Below, piece after piece: positions 29,354-38,905 of a DNA stretch of 64,000 nt. A model generated the notes under the pieces. It saw only the letters and a list, made by a program, of their open reading frames with translations. It had not been told where the DNA came from and made no database searches. Position numbers and translations under genes: made by a program. The stretch spans positions 1 to 64,000 of the forward strand of contig JBHLOY010000002.1 of the NCBI GenBank assembly GCA_048939995.1, given 5' to 3'. Every line of letters begins with the position of its first letter. Within the stretch, counting starts at the first letter, position 1. The stretch comes from Promethearchaeota archaeon. GTDB lineage: Archaea > Asgardarchaeota > Lokiarchaeia > Sigyniarchaeales > SOKP01.

Positions 29354-30640
29354 TTGAAATCTAAGAATTTTCTCACTTCTAGTTTGATACTAATATTATG
29401 TTTTAGCTCTTTAACCCCATTCATATCGGTTGCATCGTTTGGTTTTCAAAATAATAGAATTAATTTGAAATCCAATGCGGCAGAGGAATCATGGATTATT
29501 CAATTAGATCATGATGGAAGAAATATGGCATTTGATTCAAATAATTGTATTTATATCGCTGGATGGAGTAATCTCATCAAGTATAATACTTCAGGAATTC
29601 AATTGTGGAATAAAGGATTAAATGGTATCTTGGATGAGCCCATAATTAAAACTGATTCTACTAATAACGTGTATTTAGCAGGTTATTATGAAAACCAAAC
29701 ACTTTCTTGGAATTGGACAATTTTCAAATTTAATTCTATGGGAGATTTACTATGGCAGAAAGTATTTGGGCAAGTTAATATTAGATTCATTACTGATTTT
29801 GCTGTAGATTTAGAAGATCATGTTTATATTTATGGCCTATTGACATCAGATAATTTGTTTGTAATAAAATTTAATAAAACTGGCAGCCAATTATGGTTTC
29901 ATGAATTTGAAGCCATTGGTTTATTTGATGAGAGTTCAAATATTTTAATTGACTCAAATTACAATATTATAATCTCGGGAAGCTCTTTGGTGGATATTAT
30001 TAATTATACTTCAATAGATTGGGTAAGATCATATAATGGGTCTAGGGATTTGCAGTGGTCCATTACTTATGACTGTACATCTTTTCCTATACTAGAATTA
30101 GATTCACTAAATAACGTAATTTCAATTGCAAGTACTTGTTATGAATTGGATTTAATTAAGTATGACAATTTTGGTAACTCGGTTTGGAATTATTCGTTAA
30201 AATCCCAATTTTTAAATATGATGGCATATCATGGTCCAGCCCCGACGATGAAACATCTCTATCATTTAACATTGGATTCATCTGATAACATCTATATTGG
30301 TTGGGATATTGCAATACCGGATGATATATATACATCAGATGTATTATTAATCAAAATCAATAGTTCTGGAAGTTTTAAATGGTATTTAACGTGGGGGGGT
30401 CCAAATGACGATTATTTAGGGAAAATCGGTGCAGATTTTGATAGTAATATTTATATATTAACTGGAAATTGTTTGATAAAAAATCCAGTTAATAACAACA
30501 AATCACTGGTTGGAGCTAACCTATGGAACTTCTACTTCATTCTTTTTGGAATTTCTTGTTTTGTTTCTCTAATTTCATTATATTTTATCATCAGACCTAA
30601 AATTAGAAGAAAGTTCAGTAAATCAACAAATCAGAAGTAA
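29354..30640 (+). CDS. Secreted, membrane-anchored beta-propeller (SBBP-like) protein
   Basis: Signal peptide; repeated DS-x-x-N-[IV]Y-[IL]-x-G and K[YF]N-x-x-G-x-x-x-W; C-terminal TM plus basic tail. Confidence 0.75.
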   Translation: MKSKNFLTSSLILILCFSSLTPFISVASFGFQNNRINLKSNAAEESWIIQLDHDGRNMAFDSNNCIYIAGWSNLIKYNTSGIQLWNKGLNGILDEPIIKTDSTNNVYLAGYYENQTLSWNWTIFKFNSMGDLLWQKVFGQVNIRFITDFAVDLEDHVYIYGLLTSDNLFVIKFNKTGSQLWFHEFEAIGLFDESSNILIDSNYNIIISGSSLVDIINYTSIDWVRSYNGSRDLQWSITYDCTSFPILELDSLNNVISIASTCYELDLIKYDNFGNSVWNYSLKSQFLNMMAYHGPAPTMKHLYHLTLDSSDNIYIGWDIAIPDDIYTSDVLLIKINSSGSFKWYLTWGGPNDDYLGKIGADFDSNIYILTGNCLIKNPVNNNKSLVGANLWNFYFILFGISCFVSLISLYFIIRPKIRRKFSKSTNQK

Positions 30641-31146
30641 TATGTAGACATAAAATTAGTTGGGTAAAAAAATAACATACTATAGGAAGCAAGATTCGCT
30701 ATTAAGGAAATTAAAGAGGACCTTTTTAAATTTGGTTGGTTTTTTATTGAATTTCTATAAAAAAGGCTTTGAAATTCTAAATAGTATAAAAAGCATTCGA
30801 TTAATGTCATTAGCGGAATAATTATAAGAACATAGAGCAATGCGAATTCACTATAGAATGCAAAAAAAAAGTAAGAAATTATACCGACGGGAGGAAACAT
30901 AACTAGATTAACTAATACTATTGAAACAAATAATTTTCTAGACTTAAGAAAAGCATAAACTACGCCAAATTCAATTATTATTATAATAAAACTCGTAATT
31001 AAGATATTCATAATTATTAAAATTGGCTGATCATAGAAAGGTACTGGAATCATTAGAGAAAATACTAATGGAATTACGGCTACGATTAGGGTAATATAGA
31101 GTAGTGTAAAATAAATAATGATAGAAATATACCTTTTGTATCTCAC
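30631..31146 (-). CDS. Membrane protein
   Basis: Highly hydrophobic 171-aa ORF. Confidence 0.6.
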   Translation of the reverse strand: MRYKRYISIIIYFTLLYITLIVAVIPLVFSLMIPVPFYDQPILIIMNILITSFIIIIIEFGVVYAFLKSRKLFVSIVLVNLVMFPPVGIISYFFFAFYSEFALLYVLIIIPLMTLIECFLYYLEFQSLFYRNSIKNQPNLKRSSLISLIANLASYSMLFFYPTNFMSTYYF

Positions 31147-31197
31147 ATTGATTTTCTAGGTAAAGAACATTTAAAAGACTTTGCTAAGAAAAAAAAA

Positions 31198-31650
31198 TTA
31201 AGTTGATTTTTTACTTAAGATTTCTTTTGCTGGAAAAATTAAGCCAAGAACGAGAAGTAGAGCTCCGATAACAAAAATAAACATACTACCCCCGTAATAA
31301 CCAATGAAGATCTTGTATATTATAAAAGTTGCCCAAGGGATACTACCCCCTAATAGAAGAACATACCATGCCCATTTTTCTCCTTTCCGATAACTCATGT
31401 GATTGATAAAGAGAACAAAGATACCACAAGCTAAAAAAATAATCCCAATTAACTTTTTTGTTATAATATACATTTGCGCGAAAACAGGATCGCTAGCTAA
31501 ATATGTTGCATAAGTTATGCCTGTAAAAACCTGAAAATCACTTACAAACATTATCTCTGTTGCAAATATCCATAATAGGGACATTACTTCTATGTAAGCT
31601 CCCATAGCTGAAATAAAAAAAGACCCAATTTTCAATTTTGATGCTTTCAT
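31198..31650 (-). CDS. Membrane protein (4 TM)
   Basis: Hydrophobic segments, YRKGEKWAW motif, GAGGT SD. Confidence 0.7.
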   Translation of the reverse strand: MKASKLKIGSFFISAMGAYIEVMSLLWIFATEIMFVSDFQVFTGITYATYLASDPVFAQMYIITKKLIGIIFLACGIFVLFINHMSYRKGEKWAWYVLLLGGSIPWATFIIYKIFIGYYGGSMFIFVIGALLLVLGLIFPAKEILSKKST

Positions 31651-31720
31651 ATTTTTTACCTCTAGAATATTAAAGCACTTTAAATTTTAAATGATTAATT
31701 ATCTTTAAAAGAATTTAATT

Positions 31721-32110
31721 CTATTTGATTTTATGAGATATTTTATGAACAATCCACCATTTCCCATCAATTTTCATAAGATTAAAATAATCAATGTACC
31801 CAACTTCTTCACATTCAATTTTAAGTTTTACGGCACCTATTTTTTCAGTTACATCGATGTAATAAAACTCTGTTTTCCAACTTAAACTTACGTTAATCTC
31901 ATTAGGATTATACCAAGATAAATACTCATTTTTATCTACAATTCTTAGCCTTCCATCATCATGAAAAAGATAAAATTTCCATTCATCATGTAAAAGTTCT
32001 TTGTAAAGTTCTGGGTCACTTTTTACATGGCCTTCATGATAATATTTCAGAATTTCTTCTTTGATTATCTTTTTTTCCATTTCTGCATTTCTATTTGGTA
32101 AATTCTTCAT
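31721..32110 (-). CDS. NTF2-like (putative lumazine-binding) protein
   Basis: YIDYFNLMKIDGKWWIVHK C-terminal motif. Confidence 0.75.
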   Translation of the reverse strand: MKNLPNRNAEMEKKIIKEEILKYYHEGHVKSDPELYKELLHDEWKFYLFHDDGRLRIVDKNEYLSWYNPNEINVSLSWKTEFYYIDVTEKIGAVKLKIECEEVGYIDYFNLMKIDGKWWIVHKISHKIK

Positions 32111-32274
32111 TATCTAGTTCACCTTAAAAATACAATTTGATTTTTAAATTCATTTAATTATTTTGCTAAATTTTACCTATTTTATATTACATTATAAGAG
32201 AATTGGATGAATTTAATAAAATAATTGAAAATATAAAAAGCTTAATCTATTCCCCTTATCTATTCATTTATATT

Positions 32275-33039
32275 CTAAATTAGAACTAATCCTATTAAGG
32301 ATGTAACAATAGATTTTACGCTTATTATAAGCAGAAAGCAAAAAATTGCTAATTGAAATAACCTTAGGGAAATTTTGGGGGTTATTCTATGTCCAAGTTT
32401 AGTACCCATAAAAATTATTGGAAAAGCTAATAAAAATACAACAAGTAAATTGATTGGAAATATCCCTCCAAATATATAAAATGGAACTCTTGAGATAGAT
32501 AATACAGTGCCGATTGCAGCAAAATTTCCAATAAAGTCCTCTTTATAATGCCCAGTTTTTTCTAATAAAACAACATTAAGAGGCCCTGCAGCACTGATTA
32601 ATCCCGAAAGTAGACCATATGTAAATCCACCTAAGAAAATAATAGGAGAAGATGATTTTAAGTGTCGTTTAACTTCAAGTTGGCTTGCATTTTTGAGATA
32701 AAGATTAATCTTATAAGAGGAATAAATTAACACAAAAACTCCGAACACTAATTCAATCCACTCTGTTCGAATATTAATAATCAAATAAGTCCCAAAAATT
32801 GTAGCTGGAACTCCTAACGAAAGAAAGCGAAAAAAGTATGCATTATCCAAGTATTTGTGATACTTAACAAAGTTAATCAAAGCTGGGAATAATCCCCAAA
32901 TGTTCACTAGAATTACCGATGCTTTAATTCCAATTATTGGACTTATAATCGGAATTAGGATCAAGGCATCTCCAAATCCAATAATTCCATATACCATACT
33001 TGAAAAAAAAATCGGAATTAGAAGTAAATATTCTAGCAT
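32275..33039 (-). CDS. Sulfite exporter TauE/SafE family
   Basis: GIIGFGDALI N-terminal motif, about 8 TM. Confidence 0.8.
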   Translation of the reverse strand: MLEYLLLIPIFFSSMVYGIIGFGDALILIPIISPIIGIKASVILVNIWGLFPALINFVKYHKYLDNAYFFRFLSLGVPATIFGTYLIINIRTEWIELVFGVFVLIYSSYKINLYLKNASQLEVKRHLKSSSPIIFLGGFTYGLLSGLISAAGPLNVVLLEKTGHYKEDFIGNFAAIGTVLSISRVPFYIFGGIFPINLLVVFLLAFPIIFMGTKLGHRITPKISLRLFQLAIFCFLLIISVKSIVTSLIGLVLI

Positions 33040-33153
33040 CTTAAAACGATATAATTTATGAACTCTCTATTCCCCTAAATTGACTTTTAAAATTTATTCA
33101 AAAATTTAAGTTTTTATTATTTCAAGATAATAGATAGTAGATAAATAAGAACT

Positions 33154-33897
33154 TTACAATTCATCTAATCTTTTTTGAATCGAGCGTTGTGTTTTACCAA
33201 ATAATAGTTTTTTGTTTTTTTCAATAAACTTCCAGCTAAATCCTTTAAGGCTGCTTAAGGGACCTTCAATTCCTTTGGGATTCCCAGTTCTTGTAAAAGT
33301 GACTTCAGTATGTTTGATAGCTTTAATAACTTGATGAGGTGTTTTAAATTGTTCAATTAAAGTTTTTGCTTTTTTCGGACCAATGTCAATAAAGCCCTCA
33401 ACGACGTAAGTTCTTCTCTCTTTGATACTCATTCCTTTTGGGGCCTTCCGGGCTAGCAAAGGAACCCCATCCTTGACTTGTTCTCTATATGCTATACGTT
33501 CTACAACTATTGCAGTGTCCTCTATATTTCTTGTAGGAATTAATGAAATCCCTAATTTGTATGATATAAAAGCAAGAGCTCCATATATAGAGGAAATATT
33601 CATTCCCACATTCTCGAAAACATTATCGTTTAGGCCTTCAATTATTAAAATAGGAGTAATGTAAGTTTCTTTTAACCTCCTCATCTGTTCGAATAAGCGA
33701 TTATCCATTATGGAAGATACGAAATCAAACCCTTCTTTTCTTTCTATTGCTACTTCATTAGAAACAACTATGTCTGCTATGTCCAATTGTTTAGTTTCAT
33801 ATGTTATTCGATCTTTTTTACCTTCCAATATACTTGCTAACTTTTGTTCTCGATTATCAAGAATAATGTGTGGTATTTTATTGTTCTGGAACATCAT
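33154..33897 (-). CDS. ERCC4-domain (XPF/Mus81-like) structure-specific nuclease with HhH
   Basis: LDNRE, ADIVVS..VAIERK, DIGPKKA. Confidence 0.85.
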   Translation of the reverse strand: MMFQNNKIPHIILDNREQKLASILEGKKDRITYETKQLDIADIVVSNEVAIERKEGFDFVSSIMDNRLFEQMRRLKETYITPILIIEGLNDNVFENVGMNISSIYGALAFISYKLGISLIPTRNIEDTAIVVERIAYREQVKDGVPLLARKAPKGMSIKERRTYVVEGFIDIGPKKAKTLIEQFKTPHQVIKAIKHTEVTFTRTGNPKGIEGPLSSLKGFSWKFIEKNKKLLFGKTQRSIQKRLDEL

Positions 33898-33925
33898 TTT
33901 TCAATTCTTTAGTTTAAGACAGAAA

Positions 33926-34438
33926 TCAATCGATATGTAATTCTTTTTGAGAATTTTTAAACAAAAAAGCTTTGAATTGTTTAAATCTAAATAATTTATT
34001 ATTTATAAAAATATAGCTTAAAATCGCTAATCCAATAACTTCGGTAATATAATTAATTGGCTGATTTAATAATTCAGTCAACCAAGAACGAAGTGGGTCA
34101 TCAATATAAGAAAATTGATAAGGGATTAATGGAAAGAATAAAGGTATATCAGGTAAATCTAGTAATAAATGGATAAAACTGCCCGCAAAATAAGAGATCG
34201 CAAGTAATTTGTTTTTCCTAGTCCCAAAAAATACCAATAGAGAGCTGACAAAGACGAAAAGAAGTGTATGGGAATACCCTCTTCCAGAACTGATTCCTAA
34301 AAACATAAGAGACTTGTCAATTACATCAGGAATTACTGATCCAATAATCAGAGTTAATCGATTAACCGCTAATCTTCTCTTAATTTGAGGTAATTCAAAA
34401 ATAAGTAATGGAATGGCTAAATGAAATAATGGAAAAAT
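33926..34438 (-). CDS. Membrane-bound metal-dependent hydrolase (YbcI/DUF457-like), probable ATT start at 34438
   Basis: Frame stays open 44 codons upstream of the annotated ATG: (M)FPLFHLAIP...IGSVIPDVIDK; later RGYSHTL and HLLLD; GGAGG 6-7 nt upstream of ATT. Confidence 0.75.
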   Translation of the reverse strand: MFPLFHLAIPLLIFELPQIKRRLAVNRLTLIIGSVIPDVIDKSLMFLGISSGRGYSHTLLFVFVSSLLVFFGTRKNKLLAISYFAGSFIHLLLDLPDIPLFFPLIPYQFSYIDDPLRSWLTELLNQPINYITEVIGLAILSYIFINNKLFRFKQFKAFLFKNSQKELHID

Positions 34439-34623
34439 AGAAATCCCTCCAGTACTAAAACCCGTACAAGAATCTAAAAAATAATATTATTTCTGGGAGG
34501 TAGAATATGATTATTGAAATTATAATAAACTCAATTGAAATTTTTAAAGCCCTTTTCATTAAGTAAGAGTATGAAATAATTTTTTGCTGTTCCTTGTCTG
34601 ACATGCTCATTCTTTAGTAAATT

Positions 34624-35424
34624 TTATTTAAATTTATATTCTTTTATAACTTCTTCTACTGTATAATTTTGATGGATAATCTTAGTTAAAGCACTGACCA
34701 ATTTAGTAGGATCATCTGATTGAAAGACATTTCTACCAAATGCTACTCCGATACCCCCCGCTTGAACTGATTCATAGGCAACTTGAAGTAAATCAACTAC
34801 GGTATCCATTTTTGGACCTCCAGCAATTAATACCGGAATAGGCACACTTTCAACAATATATTTAAATGAATCAATATCTCCTGTATAATTGGTTTTTACA
34901 ATATCTGCTCCTAATTCTGCTCCTACCCTAACAGCAATATTTACTACTTCGGGATCATTTTCATTTGTGATTTTTTGACCTCTAGGATACATCATAGCTA
35001 AAAGTGGCATACCCCACTCTCTTGCAGTTTGAATTACTTTCTGAGCATCTTGAAGCATTTGTGGCTCTTCATCCGCTCCAATATTTAGATGAATTGAAAC
35101 TGCATCAGCACCCATTTTTACTGCAGTTTCTACAGAGCATACTAACACTTTCCGATCTGGATGTGGCCCTAAGTTAGTAGCTCCAGACAAATGAACGATG
35201 AGTCCAATATCTTTCCCATATCTTCTATGACCTGCTTCAACCATACCTGAATGCATTAAAACTGCATTTGCTCCACCTAAAGCAACTTTTTCTACCATAC
35301 TAGCTAAATCTTCAAGCCCCTTTATAGTACCTAGGGTAAGGCCATGATCCAAGGGAATTATTATAGTTCTTTTTGTTTTTCTATCTATTATTCGTTCAAT
35401 TCTGATATTCTTTCCTACATTCAA
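34624..35424 (-). CDS. DhnA-type class I aldolase (2-amino-3,7-dideoxy-D-threo-hept-6-ulosonate synthase AroA'-like)
   Basis: [35 protein letters not shown]. Confidence 0.85.
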   Translation of the reverse strand: MNVGKNIRIERIIDRKTKRTIIIPLDHGLTLGTIKGLEDLASMVEKVALGGANAVLMHSGMVEAGHRRYGKDIGLIVHLSGATNLGPHPDRKVLVCSVETAVKMGADAVSIHLNIGADEEPQMLQDAQKVIQTAREWGMPLLAMMYPRGQKITNENDPEVVNIAVRVGAELGADIVKTNYTGDIDSFKYIVESVPIPVLIAGGPKMDTVVDLLQVAYESVQAGGIGVAFGRNVFQSDDPTKLVSALTKIIHQNYTVEEVIKEYKFK

Positions 35425-35511
35425 TTATAAAGCACTTTTATTCTAAAAGTAAATTATTCATAATTAATGAGAATAAACATTTAAAATTATACAAATCAAA
35501 AAAGAAGTGAA

Positions 35512-37083
35512 TTACCAAGGTCTTCTGAGCGTAGTCATTCTACTCATTGTAGATTTATTAGGATAATCTAAATTATAATGAATCCCGCGACTTTCTTTTC
35601 TGGAGATTGCACTTACTATTATTATTTTTGCCACGGTTGCTAAATTTCTTAATTCAAGTAGGTCTCTTTCGATCTTAAAATCCCAATAGTATTGGTTAAT
35701 CTCATCAAGGAGCAAGTTGATCCTCTTTTTGGCACGTTGCAATCTTAAATCAGTTCGAACAATTCCAACATAGTTCCAGCAGAATCGGCGTATCTCATCC
35801 CAATTCTGGGTGATAACCACCGCTTCTGTGGAAGGAACAGCATGTCCGGGTTCCCATCCCTTAAATTCGTTAACTTTTAAATCGGTTACTTGTTTTGCAA
35901 GAGTCTTTGCACATTCATTGGCACATACTAGGCCTTCCAATAAAGAATTACTAGCTAATCGATTTGCTCCATGTAATCCTGTACAAGCAGATTCTCCAAT
36001 AATATATAAATTTTTAACTTTTGTAGATCCATCAAGTTTAGTTAATACACCTCCACAACAATAATGTGCTGCTGGAACCACTGGAATTGGCTCTTTAGTA
36101 ATATCTATATTGAAATCCTTACAAGCCTCATATACTCCAGGGAAATGACTTCTAATAAAATCAGGACTCTTATATGATGCAATATCTAAGTAAACATAAT
36201 CGTCCCCAGATCTTTTGAGCTCAGCATCTATTGCTCTTGACACAATGTCGCGGGGAGCTAATTCCTTTAAAGGATGATAATTCTGCATAAATGCATTTCC
36301 TTTCAAATCTTTAAGAACCGCTCCCTCGCCACGCATCGCCTCAGTAATTAGAAGTGACTTGGCAAAAGGGTGATATAAACATGTAGGATGAAACTGATAA
36401 AATTCCATATTTGCAATTATAGCACCAGCTCGATATGCCATAGCAATTCCATCTCCAGAGGCTACATCAGGGTTTGTAGTATATAGATAAATTTTACCTG
36501 CTCCACCAGTAGCTAAAACAGTTACCTTAGATGCAATATTATGAATCTCATCAGTATTTTGATCCAAGACATATAACCCATCGCATCTGAAGTTGTTTGA
36601 AAATAAGTTAATTCCAACCCAATATTCATTAATCTCAATATTATCATATTTTTTTACCTCTTCAATTAACTTCAGTGCTATGTTTTGACCTGTTAAATCA
36701 TTTACATGAAGTATTCTCCTTTCAGAATGTCCTCCTTCTTTTCCTAGATCATATCGTCCATTCTCATCTTGAGTAAATTCAATACCCAAATCCATTAATT
36801 CTCTTATTCTTTCTGGTGCTTGGGTAATTATCCTTCTGACAATATTTTCATCGCATAAACCATCTCCAGCTACTATTGTATCTTGAATATGTTTTTCAAA
36901 ATTATCATTCTCATTCCAAACACAAGCAATCCCCCCTTGTGCATAAAATGTATTAGATTCTTTCAAGCCTTCCTTCGTAATTATCAAAATATTCTGATCT
37001 GGTGCTAATTGTGCTAATTTGATTGCCAATGTTAACCCAGAGATTCCTCCTCCAACAATTAATATATCAGTTTTAAGCTTCAA
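35512..37083 (-). CDS. nadB: L-aspartate oxidase
   Basis: AQGGIA, EGGHS..RILH, QFHPT, EAMRGEG, ELAPRD, GLHGANRLASNSLLE. Confidence 0.92.
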   Translation of the reverse strand: MKLKTDILIVGGGISGLTLAIKLAQLAPDQNILIITKEGLKESNTFYAQGGIACVWNENDNFEKHIQDTIVAGDGLCDENIVRRIITQAPERIRELMDLGIEFTQDENGRYDLGKEGGHSERRILHVNDLTGQNIALKLIEEVKKYDNIEINEYWVGINLFSNNFRCDGLYVLDQNTDEIHNIASKVTVLATGGAGKIYLYTTNPDVASGDGIAMAYRAGAIIANMEFYQFHPTCLYHPFAKSLLITEAMRGEGAVLKDLKGNAFMQNYHPLKELAPRDIVSRAIDAELKRSGDDYVYLDIASYKSPDFIRSHFPGVYEACKDFNIDITKEPIPVVPAAHYCCGGVLTKLDGSTKVKNLYIIGESACTGLHGANRLASNSLLEGLVCANECAKTLAKQVTDLKVNEFKGWEPGHAVPSTEAVVITQNWDEIRRFCWNYVGIVRTDLRLQRAKKRINLLLDEINQYYWDFKIERDLLELRNLATVAKIIIVSAISRKESRGIHYNLDYPNKSTMSRMTTLRRPW

Positions 37084-37206
37084 AGAAATCTTTTTAATAA
37101 ATTCATAAAGAAATATTAAAATACCAAAATGAAATTAAAATTTTATATCTTTTTGAAAAAATCATCATAATTTTTTTTTAAATTGTTAAATTTGTCTAAA
37201 CAAATT

Positions 37207-37731
37207 ATGGGAAAAATAAAAAACGTACTCTTTGTCTGTAGTGGAAATAATAAATAATTACCCATAAATACTGCAAGGAGTCCAGCAGCAGAATATCTCT
37301 CGAAATGGTTAAAAGAAACAAAATTCAAAGAAGATTTAAAGGACGTTCATTTTAACTCTGCTGGTCTTTACAGTTATTATAAAACTCCCCAAGAAGGCAC
37401 ATCTCATTATCTTGAATCAAAAGGTATTGATTTCAGCGATTTTAGGGGAAAAGTGATTACTGAAGAATTAATCAAAAAGCAGGACTTAATCTTAGGTTTT
37501 GAAGAAAAATGGCATATTAGAAAATTGAAAAGAAGATTTAAAAATCTGAAAGAGTTAGATAAAAGAATTTTCTTGTTATTAGATTTTGCGGGAGAAAAAG
37601 GAGACCTTGAAATTCCAGATCCCATTAATTTTGAACCAGAAGAGTATAGAACAACAATTAAAAGAATTGAAAAAGCATTACCTAAAGTATTACAAAAGAT
37701 AATCGATATAAATAAGACTGATCTAAAATGA
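37207..37731 (+). CDS. Low-molecular-weight protein tyrosine phosphatase/arsenate reductase family, interrupted by a 21-nt BHB intron (join 37207..37246, 37268..37731; about 167 aa)
   Basis: ATG 37207 gives MGKIKNVLFVCSGN, then TAA at 37255-57; the same frame resumes TARSPAAEY...SAG...QDLIL...IPDP; spliced P-loop is CSGNTARS. Confidence 0.88.
37247..37267 (+). other. Putative BHB/BHL-type mRNA intron (21 nt)
   Basis: Central helix GUGG(37241-44)/CCAU(37262-65); bulges AAA(37245-47) and AAA(37266-68); exon stems GUA/UAC and ACUCUUUGU(37227-35)/GCAAGGAGU(37273-81); short intron stem UAAU/AUUA with C37261 extra. Confidence 0.78.
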
Positions 37732-38204
37732 AAAAAATCAGAAATATTATCTTCATCTGTTTAGGAAACACTGCTAGATCACCTACAGCAGAATTTTTAG
37801 CAAAATTCTATGCAAAAAAGTATGATATTAAGCTTAATATTGAAAGTGCAGGTTTTATGAATGCTTTCTCTTATATGCAACCAGGATCCCAAAAATATTT
37901 GAATGCTAAGGGTATAGATCATTCGGATTTCAAACCTAAGATTCTTAGCAAACCTTTACTTGAAAAACAAGATTTAATTTTAACAATGGAGCGGTCGCAA
38001 TCAATTGAAATAATTAGAAATTTTTCTTCTATCAGTAATATTAACGAAAAAGTCATGACTCTAAAGGAATTTAATGGGGACTTCTCTAATCGAGACATTA
38101 TGGATCCCTACTACACTAATTCTGATACTTACTTGAAAATATTAAAGATTATTGACATTAATATTGAAAATTTAATTCAAAAAATTAAAGAGAGAAATAA
38201 TTAA
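37728..38204 (+). CDS. Low-molecular-weight protein tyrosine phosphatase (intron-less tandem paralog)
   Basis: CLGNTARS P-loop, ESAG, DLILTME, DIMDPY; ATG overlaps the stop of the upstream paralog. Confidence 0.9.
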   Translation: MKKIRNIIFICLGNTARSPTAEFLAKFYAKKYDIKLNIESAGFMNAFSYMQPGSQKYLNAKGIDHSDFKPKILSKPLLEKQDLILTMERSQSIEIIRNFSSISNINEKVMTLKEFNGDFSNRDIMDPYYTNSDTYLKILKIIDINIENLIQKIKERNN

Positions 38205-38216
38205 ACCTATTTATGC

Positions 38217-38825
38217 TTAATGCTTCTTAAAAAGATTCTTTTTAGATAAGAGGCTTAACTCAGAAATTAACCAGCATACTTCTTCATAAGTGGCAGATGA
38301 TTTTAGAATTTCTTCTGATTTTTTCTTGATCTGATTTTCAGTGATTTTACCTTTTTCTTTTATAATAGCTAGTTGTAGTTTAGCAAGTTCTCTACATAAT
38401 TCTTTATAATCTCGTTTTTTCTGTGTTAATTCATATGCTGCTAAATTGATTTCTGCAATTAGATCTGGTTCTAATCCCGCTTCAATAAGTTCTTTAGTAT
38501 CCTCTATTTCTAATTCTAATTCAGGGCGTACTTCAATTATTCCATTATTAGCCCCCTTAGATTTATAAGTATCCATAATTGCTAAAAATCCTCCAAATTC
38601 TTGATTTTGCTGAATCACTTGAATTTTTGCTGGGATACTTCTTTCTCTATTAAGCTTATTAGCCCTATTTAAACTCAAATCCTTTTTCTTTTTAGAAGCT
38701 TTTTGGCCTTGCCATATATAAATTATGTTTACTCCATCAATGAGATAGACTCTAGTACTATCATTAAAGTTCAATTTTGCAGTTTTTCTTAGAGAACCAT
38801 TCTCAGCAACGTTATAAAAAGGCAT
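38217..38825 (-). CDS. Gelsolin-like domain protein
   Basis: VYLID..IIYIWQG..AS gelsolin-repeat signature plus helical C-terminus. Confidence 0.7.
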   Translation of the reverse strand: MPFYNVAENGSLRKTAKLNFNDSTRVYLIDGVNIIYIWQGQKASKKKKDLSLNRANKLNRERSIPAKIQVIQQNQEFGGFLAIMDTYKSKGANNGIIEVRPELELEIEDTKELIEAGLEPDLIAEINLAAYELTQKKRDYKELCRELAKLQLAIIKEKGKITENQIKKKSEEILKSSATYEEVCWLISELSLLSKKNLFKKH

Positions 38826-38905
38826 GTAATTTCGAATATCAGTTTTATAATATTATAATAAAAATAGCGGAACTTATTTTTAATTTTAAAGAAAAAAAAG
38901 ATATA

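Noticed and set aside
37143-37625. Minus-strand ORFs 37143-37328 and 37407-37625, and ORF 37453-37731 as a stand-alone gene
   Set aside because: The first two are antisense shadows; the third is the 3' part of the intron-containing phosphatase.
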